A DNA stretch of 30,710 nt from a virus (taxonomy: Duplodnaviria > Caudoviricetes), in IMG/VR virus record IMGVR_UViG_3300016472_000051, positions 1 through 30,710 of that record, one strand, 5' to 3'. This document shows, piece after piece, positions 15,669 to 25,336 of this stretch. Positions within the stretch are counted from its first letter, which is position 1. Each line of letters begins with the position of its first letter. Position numbers and translations under genes: made by a program. The notes beneath the pieces were generated by a model. It was not told the DNA's origin. It made no database searches and saw only the letters and a program-made list of their open reading frames with translations.

Positions 15669-18197
15669 ATGAATATCTACGATTACCTTCAAGAGGGCGA
15701 AGTGGTGGACAAGGCCTGCCTGTTGGCGGCGCACGCCCTCATTGAAGCGGGCATTCACGTCGTTCCGTTAAAGGACAAGAGCCCCGCTAATATCAAGGAT
15801 CTCACAGCCCTCAGACGCAATCCCATCAACAAGCATAACTGCGCCTACTATTTCGACCGGGAAGGCATCGACCTGGGCATCATGCTCACAGGCAAGATGG
15901 AGGTGATCGACATCGACGAGAAGCAACAGAAGGGAATCGTGGCTAAAGTGCTGACCACTTTAGAGATGGCAAATCCCGACCTGTTCGAGCGGCTGGTGAT
16001 ATCGCGCAGCCCATCCGGGGGAGCGCATATTTACTACACTGCAGACCAGATAGGTGGTGACGCCGTCATCGCCTACACGTTGGACGGCAATGGCAAGATG
16101 GTCGGCAAAATAGAGCGCATCGACGAGTCCAATAAAAAGTACATCAAGACAGCTCCATCAGCTGGGTATTACTTCCAACAAGGCAGCCCCCTCGAGCTGC
16201 CACATCTATCCATCGAAGATAGGAATTACATCATATCCATCTGCAGGTCCTTCAACGAGGTCAGCATATCCGAGGCCACGAAGATTGACAAAGAACGCAA
16301 GGACGCGCCCTGGCGCATGTTTAACGACAAACATGATTACACCTACATCGTAAAAGAGATCCAGGAGAGGGGATGGAAAATAGTGCAGGAACTCGATGAC
16401 CGCATCATCATCAAGTCACCCAACACCACACAGCGGCAATCGGGTTCCATCTGGAAAAACAACGCGACAAAATATAACCTGCAGAACTGCCTCTACCTCT
16501 TCACGCATAACAGTGAATTTGAACAGGCAAAACCCTACAGTCCATTCGACGTTTACAAATTATATTATCATGATGGCAATTTTATCCAAGCACAGGCAAA
16601 GCTCGCCAGTGAAGGATACGGCCGCGACATTGTCAATGAAGGTGATTTTTGGATTAAGGAAGGCCGCAAAATAAATGTAAAATACACAGATCTCCTTCAC
16701 TATTACAAACAGCTAGGATACTGCAAATATCTTGGGCAACTTGTGCAAGTCATTGACAATGTTGTCAGTATACGGGAGACGGGTGATATTGTCCGGCAGT
16801 TCCTGACAGCCGTGGAGCCTGTCGTGAAGAACTACTTTTTCGAGCGCGTCAGCACCATCTTCTCCGACAACGGGGGACTGATGACCATGCTGGATGAACT
16901 CGATGACAACTTTGTCCGCGACGATGCTGCATCCACTTGGTTCTTTTTCCGCAATCGCGCCATCAGGGTTTATGCCGACAGAGTGGAAGAGATGCTTTAC
17001 AAGGACCTCACGGCATACATCTGGAAAGAAAGCATCATTGACCGGGACTTTAATTTTATCGACCACACAAATTGCGATGCCGACAGGTTCGTCACCATCC
17101 TGGGTGGTGAGATGGTGGACAAGCTCCGCAGCATCATCGGGTATGCGCTCAATAGATACAAGAACGAGCTAATCACCAAGACTGTCATCCTGATGGAGGA
17201 CATCAACCCGGATGACGAAGGCGAGAGCATGGGCAGGTCAGGCAAAGGGCTTGTCTTCAAGATGATCGAGCAATTCCGCAAGACCTGCCGAATGAATGGC
17301 AAGTCCTTCAACTTTCATGATGCGTTCCTTTGGCAGAACGTCGAGCTGGACACCGACATCATTTTTATTGATGACGTCGAAAAGAGTTTCGCATTCACCA
17401 AACTTTACAGCGTCATAACAGAAAGCATTCAAGTCAATAAGAAGGGAGTAAAGCAGATTGTCATCCCTTACTCCAAATCACCCAAGATATTCATCACATC
17501 AAACTATGCCGTCGGCAACAGCGACGAGTCGACAATAGACCGCAAATTTGAGTTCCCTGTAGTAAAGTATTTTAACGCCCAGCATAAGCCCGTCGATGAG
17601 TTCGGCCGGGCATTCTTCTCTGAATGGGACGCCACTGAATGGCGCAAGTTTGACAATTTCATGCTCTCCTGCGCCCAGGCATGGCTGACCAGTGACAAGC
17701 GGAACCTGAGCCATGTGACCGGCAACACGGCCAATCGCATCCTCATCAATCAGACCCATCCCGATTTCGTGGCCTACATGGACGATCAGCTCGCCATGAA
17801 CTTCTTTGACTTTGCACCTGCATCTATCAAAAACGCAAGGCTGCAGGTCGAAGGCGGCAAGCTCATCACCAACGCCGTCAACATGGACACATGGCAGGCC
17901 AACTGCGACAGCCCAGACTATTACATGCTCATGCGGAAGGAAGATCTGTTCGACAAGTTCAAAACCATCCCGAAGATCACCACCACCAAGGTCACGCAAT
18001 GGCTAAAGCTATGGGCAATGACAAGGAAAATCGAAATAAACCTATCACATAAAAAGAAACATGAGGCCGGCAGATACTATCGGATTGTCAACTGGACACA
18101 TGAAACCGGTTCCCACTTTGAAGCGGGAACTGAAGGCGAAAAGTCGGTACTGGGCGATTTCAAAGTGGGAACCGATGAAGAATACCCTCTTTTTTAA
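15669..18197 (+). CDS. Bifunctional primase-polymerase / P-loop helicase replication protein
   Basis: Prim-Pol motifs EVIDIDEK and SPSGGAHIYY; C-terminal Walker A GRSGKG, Walker B IIFIDD, ITSNY, DRKFEF. Start taken at ATG 15669. Confidence 0.85.
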   Translation: MNIYDYLQEGEVVDKACLLAAHALIEAGIHVVPLKDKSPANIKDLTALRRNPINKHNCAYYFDREGIDLGIMLTGKMEVIDIDEKQQKGIVAKVLTTLEMANPDLFERLVISRSPSGGAHIYYTADQIGGDAVIAYTLDGNGKMVGKIERIDESNKKYIKTAPSAGYYFQQGSPLELPHLSIEDRNYIISICRSFNEVSISEATKIDKERKDAPWRMFNDKHDYTYIVKEIQERGWKIVQELDDRIIIKSPNTTQRQSGSIWKNNATKYNLQNCLYLFTHNSEFEQAKPYSPFDVYKLYYHDGNFIQAQAKLASEGYGRDIVNEGDFWIKEGRKINVKYTDLLHYYKQLGYCKYLGQLVQVIDNVVSIRETGDIVRQFLTAVEPVVKNYFFERVSTIFSDNGGLMTMLDELDDNFVRDDAASTWFFFRNRAIRVYADRVEEMLYKDLTAYIWKESIIDRDFNFIDHTNCDADRFVTILGGEMVDKLRSIIGYALNRYKNELITKTVILMEDINPDDEGESMGRSGKGLVFKMIEQFRKTCRMNGKSFNFHDAFLWQNVELDTDIIFIDDVEKSFAFTKLYSVITESIQVNKKGVKQIVIPYSKSPKIFITSNYAVGNSDESTIDRKFEFPVVKYFNAQHKPVDEFGRAFFSEWDATEWRKFDNFMLSCAQAWLTSDKRNLSHVTGNTANRILINQTHPDFVAYMDDQLAMNFFDFAPASIKNARLQVEGGKLITNAVNMDTWQANCDSPDYYMLMRKEDLFDKFKTIPKITTTKVTQWLKLWAMTRKIEINLSHKKKHEAGRYYRIVNWTHETGSHFEAGTEGEKSVLGDFKVGTDEEYPLF

Positions 18198-18405
18198 TCA
18201 AAGTCGGTTCCCACTTTTTTTCGGTTCCCACTTTTATGGCCCCGGTTCCCACTCGGTTCCCAGTAGCTAAATCATTGATAATCATGACGGTTCCCAGGTT
18301 CCCACTTATTTCTAAGTAATCTAAGAAAAAAAGATATATTTATATAATACGCTATACGTGTACATACGTATAAAGAATAGGAAACTAAAGTGGGAACTGG
18401 GAACC
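18108..18405. repeat. Iteron array; putative replication origin
   Basis: GGTTCCCA(CTT) at 18108, 18206, 18223, 18244, 18255, 18289, 18297. Inverted copies at 18121 (degenerate), 18163, 18388, 18398. AT-rich tract ~18308-18350 and TATACGT-N6-ACGTATA inverted repeat at 18353-18372. Confidence 0.8.
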
Positions 18406-18434
18406 GGCCTTGAAACCAAATAAAAATAAAGATA

Positions 18435-18641
18435 ATGACAAAGCTAAATCTTGTTGTCCTTGACATCCAACGGACCGGGGTGAAGGTTCACGGCCCGACT
18501 GATGAGGCGGGTGCTGTCCGCATACTTGTAAAGCTATGCCAGGACCAACCACTGCGCTACTTTGACACCACCCCGGGGCTTTACATTGCCGACCTTGAAA
18601 CTGGAATCATTCGTAAACCCACGCTAAAACTACAAGCATGA
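18435..18641 (+). CDS. Hypothetical protein
   Basis: A-rich leader; ATGA overlap with the next gene. Confidence 0.55.
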   Translation: MTKLNLVVLDIQRTGVKVHGPTDEAGAVRILVKLCQDQPLRYFDTTPGLYIADLETGIIRKPTLKLQA

Positions 18642-19066
18642 CAGTGATCTACGACACGCCCCCTAATAGGGCCGCCGTTAAGCGATTAGTGGCCAAGGTG
18701 ATGAACATATCAGTTGAGGACATAAACAGCCCTAATCGGGCTAAAAAGTGCATCCTCGCGCGTCAGATGGTCGTGAAGGTCTACCGCGACAACTTCTGCA
18801 TGACGTGGAAAGACATCGCGGCCCATGTCGGGACTGCAAAGCATGCAAAGCACTGGTCGACCTGCATCCATGCGCTCAGGGTGCTGAATCAAATGCTTTA
18901 CATCAACGACGAGTACGCCACCATGCACTGGGTGAAGGTGCAGGCCAATGTCGAGGAGTCAGTGGAGCTGGGCTATGAGGTCAAGGTATACGTCCTCCCG
19001 CAGAACCGGGATGAACTATTGAAATACCTGGCCGAGAAGGGCTACAGTTACCGGGTTAAGGAGTAA
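18638..19066 (+). CDS. DnaA C-terminal (domain IV)-like HTH DNA-binding protein
   Basis: ISVEDINSPNR....LARQMVVKVYR....TWKDIAAHVG...HWSTCIHA parallels the DnaA domain IV pattern (ARQIAMYL...IG..F..DHSTV.HA). Confidence 0.7.
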   Translation: MTVIYDTPPNRAAVKRLVAKVMNISVEDINSPNRAKKCILARQMVVKVYRDNFCMTWKDIAAHVGTAKHAKHWSTCIHALRVLNQMLYINDEYATMHWVKVQANVEESVELGYEVKVYVLPQNRDELLKYLAEKGYSYRVKE

Positions 19067-19071
19067 ATTTG
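19064..19071 (+). promoter_or_regulatory. Bacteroidota -7 box (TAAATTTG), probable late promoter
   Basis: Exact TAnnTTTG match overlapping a stop codon, 13 nt before the terS ATG. Confidence 0.55.
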
Positions 19072-19084
19072 CTAAAACAAAACT

Positions 19085-19441
19085 ATGCCAGCAGGGCAGC
19101 CACCATACTATGACAGCCCCGAACAACTTGAGGCGAAAGTAAAAGAATACTTTGCAACGGAGAAGCAGCTGACCATTACAGGGCTGTGCCTGTTCTGCGG
19201 ATTCGCCACCCGGCAAAGCTTCTACGATTATGAGAAGCGGCCTGAATACTCTTACATTGTAAAGATGGCACGTACCCGTATAGAACACTACTACGAAAAA
19301 ATGAGTCAGCGGACTGATGGGCAGGTGACGGGTCCCATCTTTGCGCTCAAGCAGTTCGGATGGACGGATAAGACGGAGTCGACGCATACGTTCACCAATC
19401 GCACGCGTGTAACTTTCGACACGGATGACAGCAGCGACTGA
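19085..19441 (+). CDS. terS: Terminase small subunit
   Basis: GQPPYYDSPEQLE....EYF...TITGLCLFCGF.TRQSFYDYE...IFALKQFGWTDK; directly upstream of terL. Confidence 0.88.
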   Translation: MPAGQPPYYDSPEQLEAKVKEYFATEKQLTITGLCLFCGFATRQSFYDYEKRPEYSYIVKMARTRIEHYYEKMSQRTDGQVTGPIFALKQFGWTDKTESTHTFTNRTRVTFDTDDSSD

Positions 19442-20597
19442 CGTCATCCGCGTGAAGTTGAACCGGCCGGCGAAGCGGACCATCAAGGCTTTGCAGTCTG
19501 ATGTGCGCTACATCTGCCATGAAGGTGGTGCCAGATCCGGCAAAACTTATGGCATCATCCAGTCTTTGATATGGTGGGCCACCAACCATGACCGGATGAA
19601 GGTGTCGGTGGTGAGCCATTCCCTACCGCATCTGAAGCGCGGGGCCATGCGCGACTTCTTTGAGATCATTGATTCGTGGGGATGGTACGATGAAGGCCAG
19701 CACAACAAGACGGACAACATCTACACGTTCGACAACGGCACATTCATCGAGTTCTTTGGCCTTGAGGACCACGACCGGGCCAAGGGTCCTGGTCGGGATG
19801 TGCTGTTCTGCAACGAGGCGAACTTGCTGAGCAAAGCCCTCTTCGACCAGCTCGACATGCGGACGCGGCTGAAGGTGATCACTGACCTCAACCCTTCGGA
19901 CTTTGACGTGTGGTGTTATCACCTTGCGGATTCATCAGAGGCAGTCAAGATTCATAGCACCTATCTCGACAATTCTTTCCTGCCGGATCCGCAGCGCAGG
20001 GTCATCGAGAGCTATAAAGAGGCCGACCCGATGATGTGGAAGGTGTTCGGCCTTGGTGAGCGTGGTGCAAGTCAGGAGCAGATCTACACCCATTACAAGG
20101 TCGTGGACAGCGTTCCACCGGGTGGCGAGGTTATATTCGGCCTTGACTTCGGATTCCGCAACCCGACGGCACTGGTCAAGGTATGGCTTTATGATGGGGC
20201 TATCTATGCTAGGGAAGAGCTTTACAAGCCGGGCATCACGACGTCCGAGCTTGCCGACATGATCCCCGACATCGTGGTGGATACATCCGCTGAGATTTAT
20301 TGCGACGCGGCCGAGCCCAAGACAATCGAGGAACTCTACAGGGTAGGCCTTAACGTACGGCCGGCCGATAAGGATGTATATGCGGGCATCATGAAGGTGA
20401 AAAGTTTACCTTTGTACGTCACATCAACGTCGACTAATCTACTTGCCGAACTTAAAAAATACAAGTGGAAGACCGACATGAACGGCAAGGTGATTGACAA
20501 GGAACCCGTGAAGGCTGATGACCATCTGCTCGACGCCCTGCGTTATGCTGTGTACACAAAACTAAAACAGCCACGTTTGACATGGGGCGTATTATGA
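19425..20597 (+). CDS. terL: Terminase large subunit (PBSX/SPP1-like)
   Basis: EGGARSGKT Walker A, FCNEAN Walker B, DLNP, GLDFGF..P, CDAAEP, DDHLLDALRYA nuclease motifs. Confidence 0.95.
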   Translation: MTAATDVIRVKLNRPAKRTIKALQSDVRYICHEGGARSGKTYGIIQSLIWWATNHDRMKVSVVSHSLPHLKRGAMRDFFEIIDSWGWYDEGQHNKTDNIYTFDNGTFIEFFGLEDHDRAKGPGRDVLFCNEANLLSKALFDQLDMRTRLKVITDLNPSDFDVWCYHLADSSEAVKIHSTYLDNSFLPDPQRRVIESYKEADPMMWKVFGLGERGASQEQIYTHYKVVDSVPPGGEVIFGLDFGFRNPTALVKVWLYDGAIYAREELYKPGITTSELADMIPDIVVDTSAEIYCDAAEPKTIEELYRVGLNVRPADKDVYAGIMKVKSLPLYVTSTSTNLLAELKKYKWKTDMNGKVIDKEPVKADDHLLDALRYAVYTKLKQPRLTWGVL

Positions 20598-21976
20598 ATT
20601 TAATCGACAGACTATACCTGAGATACAAGGGGCTGAACCCCAACACGGCGCAGTACACCATCCTGCCCATCAACCAGGGCAATATCCTGCAGACGTATGA
20701 CGCCCAGAAGTACACCGATGCGTATGCGTCCAATGCGGATGTGTATTCTGTCGTGTCATTCCTCGCGCGGAAGGCGGCGTCCATTCCGTGGTATGTATAC
20801 AAGACGAACAACGGGCAGAAGGCGCGCGTGTCTCTTGAGAGGTATAAGCAACTGACCAAGGGCCTGGGCCATCCGGGTGCGTTCGACAGGGCAGTGATGG
20901 AGCGGAAGGCCGCCTACGACGAGAATATGATCGTCGAGGACAGCGCGACGGCCAGGCTCCTGCAACGGCCTAACAATTACCAAGGTCAGGATCAGTTCTT
21001 TGAGCAACTGTTCGGGATGCGGTTCCTAACCGGCGAAGGCTTCACATGGGGAAATGATGGAAATATAGACGCCGGCAAGTTCGTCGAGCTGTTCATCATG
21101 CCGTCGCAGTTCATGTCCCTTGTGGCCGACCCGTCGGACATCTTTGGAGTGAATGGGTGGATCCTGCAGTCAGCTAATGGCAACCTCCCCCTGCAGAAGG
21201 AGGACGTGCTGCAATGGAAGAGCTGGAACCCTGCGTTCGACTCAGCCGACAGGACGCATCTGCGCGGGGTTAGCCCAATCAAGGCCGCGTGGAACAACTA
21301 CCTGATGGGTACGGAGGCGCAGAAGGCCAGTGCCAAGTTGATGGCCAACGGAGGTGCCAAGGGCGCGCTGGTGCCAAAGCCGGTGGGCAATCAGATCCCA
21401 TTAGTGGATGAAAAGACGGCGGCCAACATGCAGCGACAGCTGGCCGACCGGGTCAACAATAACGACAGGTATGGTCAGGTGGCGATGCTGCAGACGCCGT
21501 GGGAGTTCTTGAACTTCGGTCTGACGAGTTCCGAGATGGCACTCATCGACACGATGAAGTACTCCCTTGAGCAATGGTGCAGGGTCTTCGGTGTGCCTGT
21601 GGTTTTGTTCAGCCCCGACAACATGGCGGACAACAACTACCAGAACGCGCTGAGGGACCTTGTTACCAACACCATCGTCCCGATGTGCGCGCAGTTGCGG
21701 GATGAGTTGAACAAATGGCTCCTGCCGCGGATGGGTGACACGGGCATGTTCATCGACTTCGACATCATGGCCCTGCCCGAGTTGCAGCGCGACATGGAGA
21801 AGATGGTTAACGGGTTGAAATCAGCCGACTGGCTGACCTATGACGAGAAGCGGGTGGCTATGAACTACGAACCGAAGGGCGGCGCGTATGACAATGCGTT
21901 CATCGCCCAGGGCTTGATGCCTATTTCGGAGGCGGCTGTGGGTGTGGACCCAGAGATGAATGTCGGAGTGATATGA
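20594..21976 (+). CDS. Portal protein (HK97 family)
   Basis: VYSVVSFLARKAASIPW, LLQRPN..Q, LTGEGF, RGVSPI, CRVFGVP, TIVP, LTYDEKR. Start taken at ATG 20594 (ATGA overlap). Confidence 0.92.
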   Translation: MNLIDRLYLRYKGLNPNTAQYTILPINQGNILQTYDAQKYTDAYASNADVYSVVSFLARKAASIPWYVYKTNNGQKARVSLERYKQLTKGLGHPGAFDRAVMERKAAYDENMIVEDSATARLLQRPNNYQGQDQFFEQLFGMRFLTGEGFTWGNDGNIDAGKFVELFIMPSQFMSLVADPSDIFGVNGWILQSANGNLPLQKEDVLQWKSWNPAFDSADRTHLRGVSPIKAAWNNYLMGTEAQKASAKLMANGGAKGALVPKPVGNQIPLVDEKTAANMQRQLADRVNNNDRYGQVAMLQTPWEFLNFGLTSSEMALIDTMKYSLEQWCRVFGVPVVLFSPDNMADNNYQNALRDLVTNTIVPMCAQLRDELNKWLLPRMGDTGMFIDFDIMALPELQRDMEKMVNGLKSADWLTYDEKRVAMNYEPKGGAYDNAFIAQGLMPISEAAVGVDPEMNVGVI

Positions 21977-22170
21977 ATGCGGAACAGCTAGAATGGATAC
22001 GGGTCCAAGTTTATGCGAAATATCCAAAGCTCGACAAAGAGAGGACATGCCTGACGGAAAAGAGATTCAGAGAGGCGGCAAGACAGTGTTACCGGGAAAA
22101 GTTAATACGTGACCTACAGGCAACGAAGGGCATACTGGAAAGCACAGACCCGCAAGCTACAGGCGGCTGA
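21973..22170 (+). CDS. Small hypothetical protein
   Basis: ATGA overlap with the portal stop; overlaps the next gene by 62 nt. Confidence 0.5.
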   Translation: MNAEQLEWIRVQVYAKYPKLDKERTCLTEKRFREAARQCYREKLIRDLQATKGILESTDPQATGG

Positions 22171-22918
22171 GCGTCGCTACCTGCCTGACGTGCAGCGTGC
22201 CTTGACGCGTGAGGTCGAGCGGTTCCTGCGGGAGGCACAGGATGTAGGGTTTCAAACGGCGTTTCGGTCCCTTCGCATTGTGAACGACGAACTGCTCGGT
22301 GTCATCAACAGATTGCATAAGCGGGTGGCCATGCAATTCGGGATGGACACGAACCGGAAGCTAACGGCCGATCGCAAGGTGTCATTCTTCAACGCGAATT
22401 TCATCCTTTCGATCACGGAAATCCTGACGCGCCAGGCCCTCGACCTGTTGACGTTGGTCGAGCAAACGACAAAAGACCGCATCCTAGAGGTCCTGACGCA
22501 ACAGACGATGGAGCAGTGGAGTTTCGCAAGGACCGCGGAACGCATTACGGAGCTCGTGGCTAGCCCATCGCGTGCCTTGACTATCACACGTACTGAATCG
22601 AACAGGGCGGCTAATTTAGCCTCCTTGGAGGCCGCACGCCTGCAGCCCTTCGAGGTCGTGAAGGAATGGATCAGCGGCATCGACAATCGGACCCGTCGGT
22701 TCCGCGAGAAGGACGAGTTCGACCACGCCATCCTGGACGGCCGCAGGGCCGAGCTGGATGAGCCATTCACGCAGATGGGGAGCAAGGGCATCCAGGCGGT
22801 GGCGCAATGCCCATGTGACCCGGCCGCGCCGGCTGCGTTCACGATTAACTGCAGGTGTACGCTAGGATACGAGAACAAACGAGACGCGCAGGGACGATTG
22901 ATACCAAAAAGAGGATAG
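22109..22918 (+). CDS. Head morphogenesis / minor capsid protein (SPP1 gp7 / Mu gpF family)
   Basis: RALTITRTESNRAAN, KEW....DNRTR, H..LDG, P.DP......INCRC. Confidence 0.88.
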   Translation: MTYRQRRAYWKAQTRKLQAAERRYLPDVQRALTREVERFLREAQDVGFQTAFRSLRIVNDELLGVINRLHKRVAMQFGMDTNRKLTADRKVSFFNANFILSITEILTRQALDLLTLVEQTTKDRILEVLTQQTMEQWSFARTAERITELVASPSRALTITRTESNRAANLASLEAARLQPFEVVKEWISGIDNRTRRFREKDEFDHAILDGRRAELDEPFTQMGSKGIQAVAQCPCDPAAPAAFTINCRCTLGYENKRDAQGRLIPKRG

Positions 22919-22919
22919 C

Positions 22920-24074
22920 ATGCCAGTGACAAGATGCGCAAATGGCAAATGGAGAATAGGAGACGGCGATTGCGTCTACACGTCCGAGGCTGCAGCTGAC
23001 CGGGCCTATCGGGCCTATTTAGCACGAGAAGGCGAGAGCGAGGAAGAGCATGAGGGTCGGATGAAGGAAGCGACCTACAACGACTATCCCGAGGCGGCGA
23101 GCAACAATGCGCGAAGGGCGTTGAAGTACAAGGAAGAGAACGGCAGCGATTGCGGGACATCTGTTGGGTGGACAAGGGCGCGGCAGTTGGCCAACCGCGA
23201 GAGGATCAGCCGCGACACGATTGCACGCATGGCGTCGTTCAAACGTCACCAGCAAAATAAAGATGTGCCATATAGCGAAGGGTGCGGTGGCATCATGTGG
23301 GACGCATGGGGCGGGGACGCCGGTGTTAACTGGGCTATCAGTAAATTGCGTGAGATAGATGGCAAAAATGATAAAATGATTTACGCATATAAAAAATTTA
23401 CGCAGGACATAAAGGACGTCGATACGAAAGAGGGGACAGTCATCGGCTACTTCTCAGCGTTCGATGTAAAGGACAGCGACGGGGACATCATCCGACCGGG
23501 TGCCTTCGCAAAGTCGATCACGGAATGGTTCCCGAAAGGTCGAATTAAACATCTTTTGAACCATGACCCGCGTCAGCCCATCGGCAAGTTGACTGTCTTG
23601 AAGGAGGACGCCTATGGCTTGTATTACGAATCGAAGATAGGAAGCCACAACCTGGGCAGGGACTTCCTGAAGATGGTCGAGAGCGACTTAATTAAAGAGC
23701 ATAGCATCGGTTTCAACGTCATAAATCGCAAAAAGACGGCCGACGGCGTGGAGTTGACCGACATCCAGCTCTTTGAAGGGTCGAGCCTGACCAGCTGGGG
23801 CGCGAATGAGCATACCCCGATGCTGGGCATGAAGTCGATGGAGGAAAGGAAGGAGCGGATACGCCGGCTCGAGAAGTTCATAAAGCAGACCGACGCAACA
23901 GATGAGACGATAGAATTACTTTTGCTGGAGATCAAGCAACTGAATCAACTGGTCGTGGACTTAAGTAGCGCGCCGGAATCCCTCGCGGAGCCGGAACAGC
24001 CAAAGGATGACCACACACAGATGGTGAAGGAAGCGATGGACATACTTATTTACAAACATTTTCAAAAGAATTGA
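22920..24074 (+). CDS. HK97-type prohead maturation protease with ~150-aa N-terminal extension
   Basis: GYFSAFDVKDSDGDII.PGAF, LLNHD...PIGK, EDAYGL, HSIGF, LFEGS....GAN. Confidence 0.9.
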   Translation: MPVTRCANGKWRIGDGDCVYTSEAAADRAYRAYLAREGESEEEHEGRMKEATYNDYPEAASNNARRALKYKEENGSDCGTSVGWTRARQLANRERISRDTIARMASFKRHQQNKDVPYSEGCGGIMWDAWGGDAGVNWAISKLREIDGKNDKMIYAYKKFTQDIKDVDTKEGTVIGYFSAFDVKDSDGDIIRPGAFAKSITEWFPKGRIKHLLNHDPRQPIGKLTVLKEDAYGLYYESKIGSHNLGRDFLKMVESDLIKEHSIGFNVINRKKTADGVELTDIQLFEGSSLTSWGANEHTPMLGMKSMEERKERIRRLEKFIKQTDATDETIELLLLEIKQLNQLVVDLSSAPESLAEPEQPKDDHTQMVKEAMDILIYKHFQKN

Positions 24075-24078
24075 TACA

Positions 24079-25224
24079 ATGGAAGTAAAAGACATCATCC
24101 AAGCTCTTGACCCCAAGCTCGGGGAGATCAAGGCACAGGTGGCCAGCGAGGTCGCTGCCATCGAGACGAAGCACGCCGCGACTGTCGCACAGCTCAATGA
24201 GGACGCCCAAAAGAATGGCCAAAGCCTGGCCGAGTTGCAGGAGAAGGTGAACGGCCTGATCGCAACGAATGGAAAGCTGACCAGTGCCATCAAGCAGGAG
24301 GCCTTCGCTGACCGGCAGAAGTCGCTGAAGGGTGCCGTCATGGATTTGGTGGCCGAGAACTTCGAGGCCATCAAGTCGGAGCGTCCGTTCAACGCGATGA
24401 AGGACGTGGCCAACATGACGCTGAGCAACAACCTGACCGGCACCAGCCAGATCAGCTACGTCGACAGCCCCATCCTGCGGGCCTTCTTCAATCCCCATCT
24501 GTACGACGTTTTCCGCATCATCCCGACGGCCACTGGCAACGTGACATTCCCCCGCGGCAACACTACCATCGGCGAGGGTTCGTTCGGAACGCAGACAGAA
24601 GGCAGTGCCAAGGCGCAGGTCGACTACGACGTGACGATGGTGAACACCTCGCTGTCGTTCATCGCCGGTTATGCCCGGGTCAGCCGTCAGATGCTGCAGG
24701 ATCTGCCGTTCCTCCAGGCCTATCTGTCCAGCTCACTGCTTGAGGACTGGAACCAGCGCGTCAACAACAGCTTCATGTCGACCATCACGGCCTCGGCAAC
24801 GGCCGGCTCCACGTCTGCCACCCCCGTGGCTGAGCGTATCGTCGACTACATCGCGCAGCACCTGAAGCTCGGCCTTGGTCAGCCGAACCTGATCCTGACC
24901 ACCCATGCTGTGTGGGCATCGGTCTTGAAGACCTTGCCGACCAACGGAAGCTACAGCATCCCCGGCGGCGTGGTGATCGGCCCCGGCGGTGAGGTTCGCA
25001 TGCTCGGCATCCCCCTCGTCCCCCACAGTCAGATCGTGACGGGCAAGATCTACGTCATGAACACCAATGCCTTCGCTATCGCACAGGCCTCCGGCCTCGC
25101 GGTCCGCAGCACGGAGTTCAACGAGGATGATTTCATCAAGAACTTGGTGACCTACCGGGCCGAGGCACGCATCGGTCTCCTGTCGTTCCAGCCCACTGCT
25201 GCCATCTATGGCTCTGCATCCTGA
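24079..25224 (+). CDS. Major capsid protein (HK97 fold)
   Basis: N-terminal coiled-coil delta domain; TEGSAKAQ, IAGYARVSRQMLQD, MLGIPLV, DDFIKNLVTYRAEARIG. Confidence 0.93.
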   Translation: MEVKDIIQALDPKLGEIKAQVASEVAAIETKHAATVAQLNEDAQKNGQSLAELQEKVNGLIATNGKLTSAIKQEAFADRQKSLKGAVMDLVAENFEAIKSERPFNAMKDVANMTLSNNLTGTSQISYVDSPILRAFFNPHLYDVFRIIPTATGNVTFPRGNTTIGEGSFGTQTEGSAKAQVDYDVTMVNTSLSFIAGYARVSRQMLQDLPFLQAYLSSSLLEDWNQRVNNSFMSTITASATAGSTSATPVAERIVDYIAQHLKLGLGQPNLILTTHAVWASVLKTLPTNGSYSIPGGVVIGPGGEVRMLGIPLVPHSQIVTGKIYVMNTNAFAIAQASGLAVRSTEFNEDDFIKNLVTYRAEARIGLLSFQPTAAIYGSAS

Positions 25225-25249
25225 GAATTAGTCGTGGTGATATGGTTGA

Positions 25250-25281
25250 AGGGCCTGGCGTTCTCGCCGGGCTCTTTTTTT
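25250..25281 (+). terminator. Rho-independent terminator after major capsid gene
   Basis: GGGCCTGGCG-TTCT-CGCCGGGCTC followed by T7. Confidence 0.85.
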
Positions 25282-25284
25282 GTT

Positions 25285-25292
25285 TAACTTTG
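25285..25292 (+). promoter_or_regulatory. Bacteroidota -7 box (TAACTTTG) upstream of MTase/GT cassette
   Basis: Exact TAnnTTTG match just after the terminator and 44 nt before ATG 25337. Confidence 0.55.
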
Positions 25293-25336
25293 AAGCACCT
25301 TCCATTATTTGTTACACGTCCTTGTAAAACAATAGA

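Noticed and set aside
18108-18405. Possible CRISPR mini-array
   Set aside because: Repeats are only 8-11 nt, irregularly spaced and in both orientations; they fit iterons.
22252-23175. 307-aa minus-strand ORF
   Set aside because: Antisense shadow of the gpF-like and protease genes; Arg/Ser-rich with no motifs.
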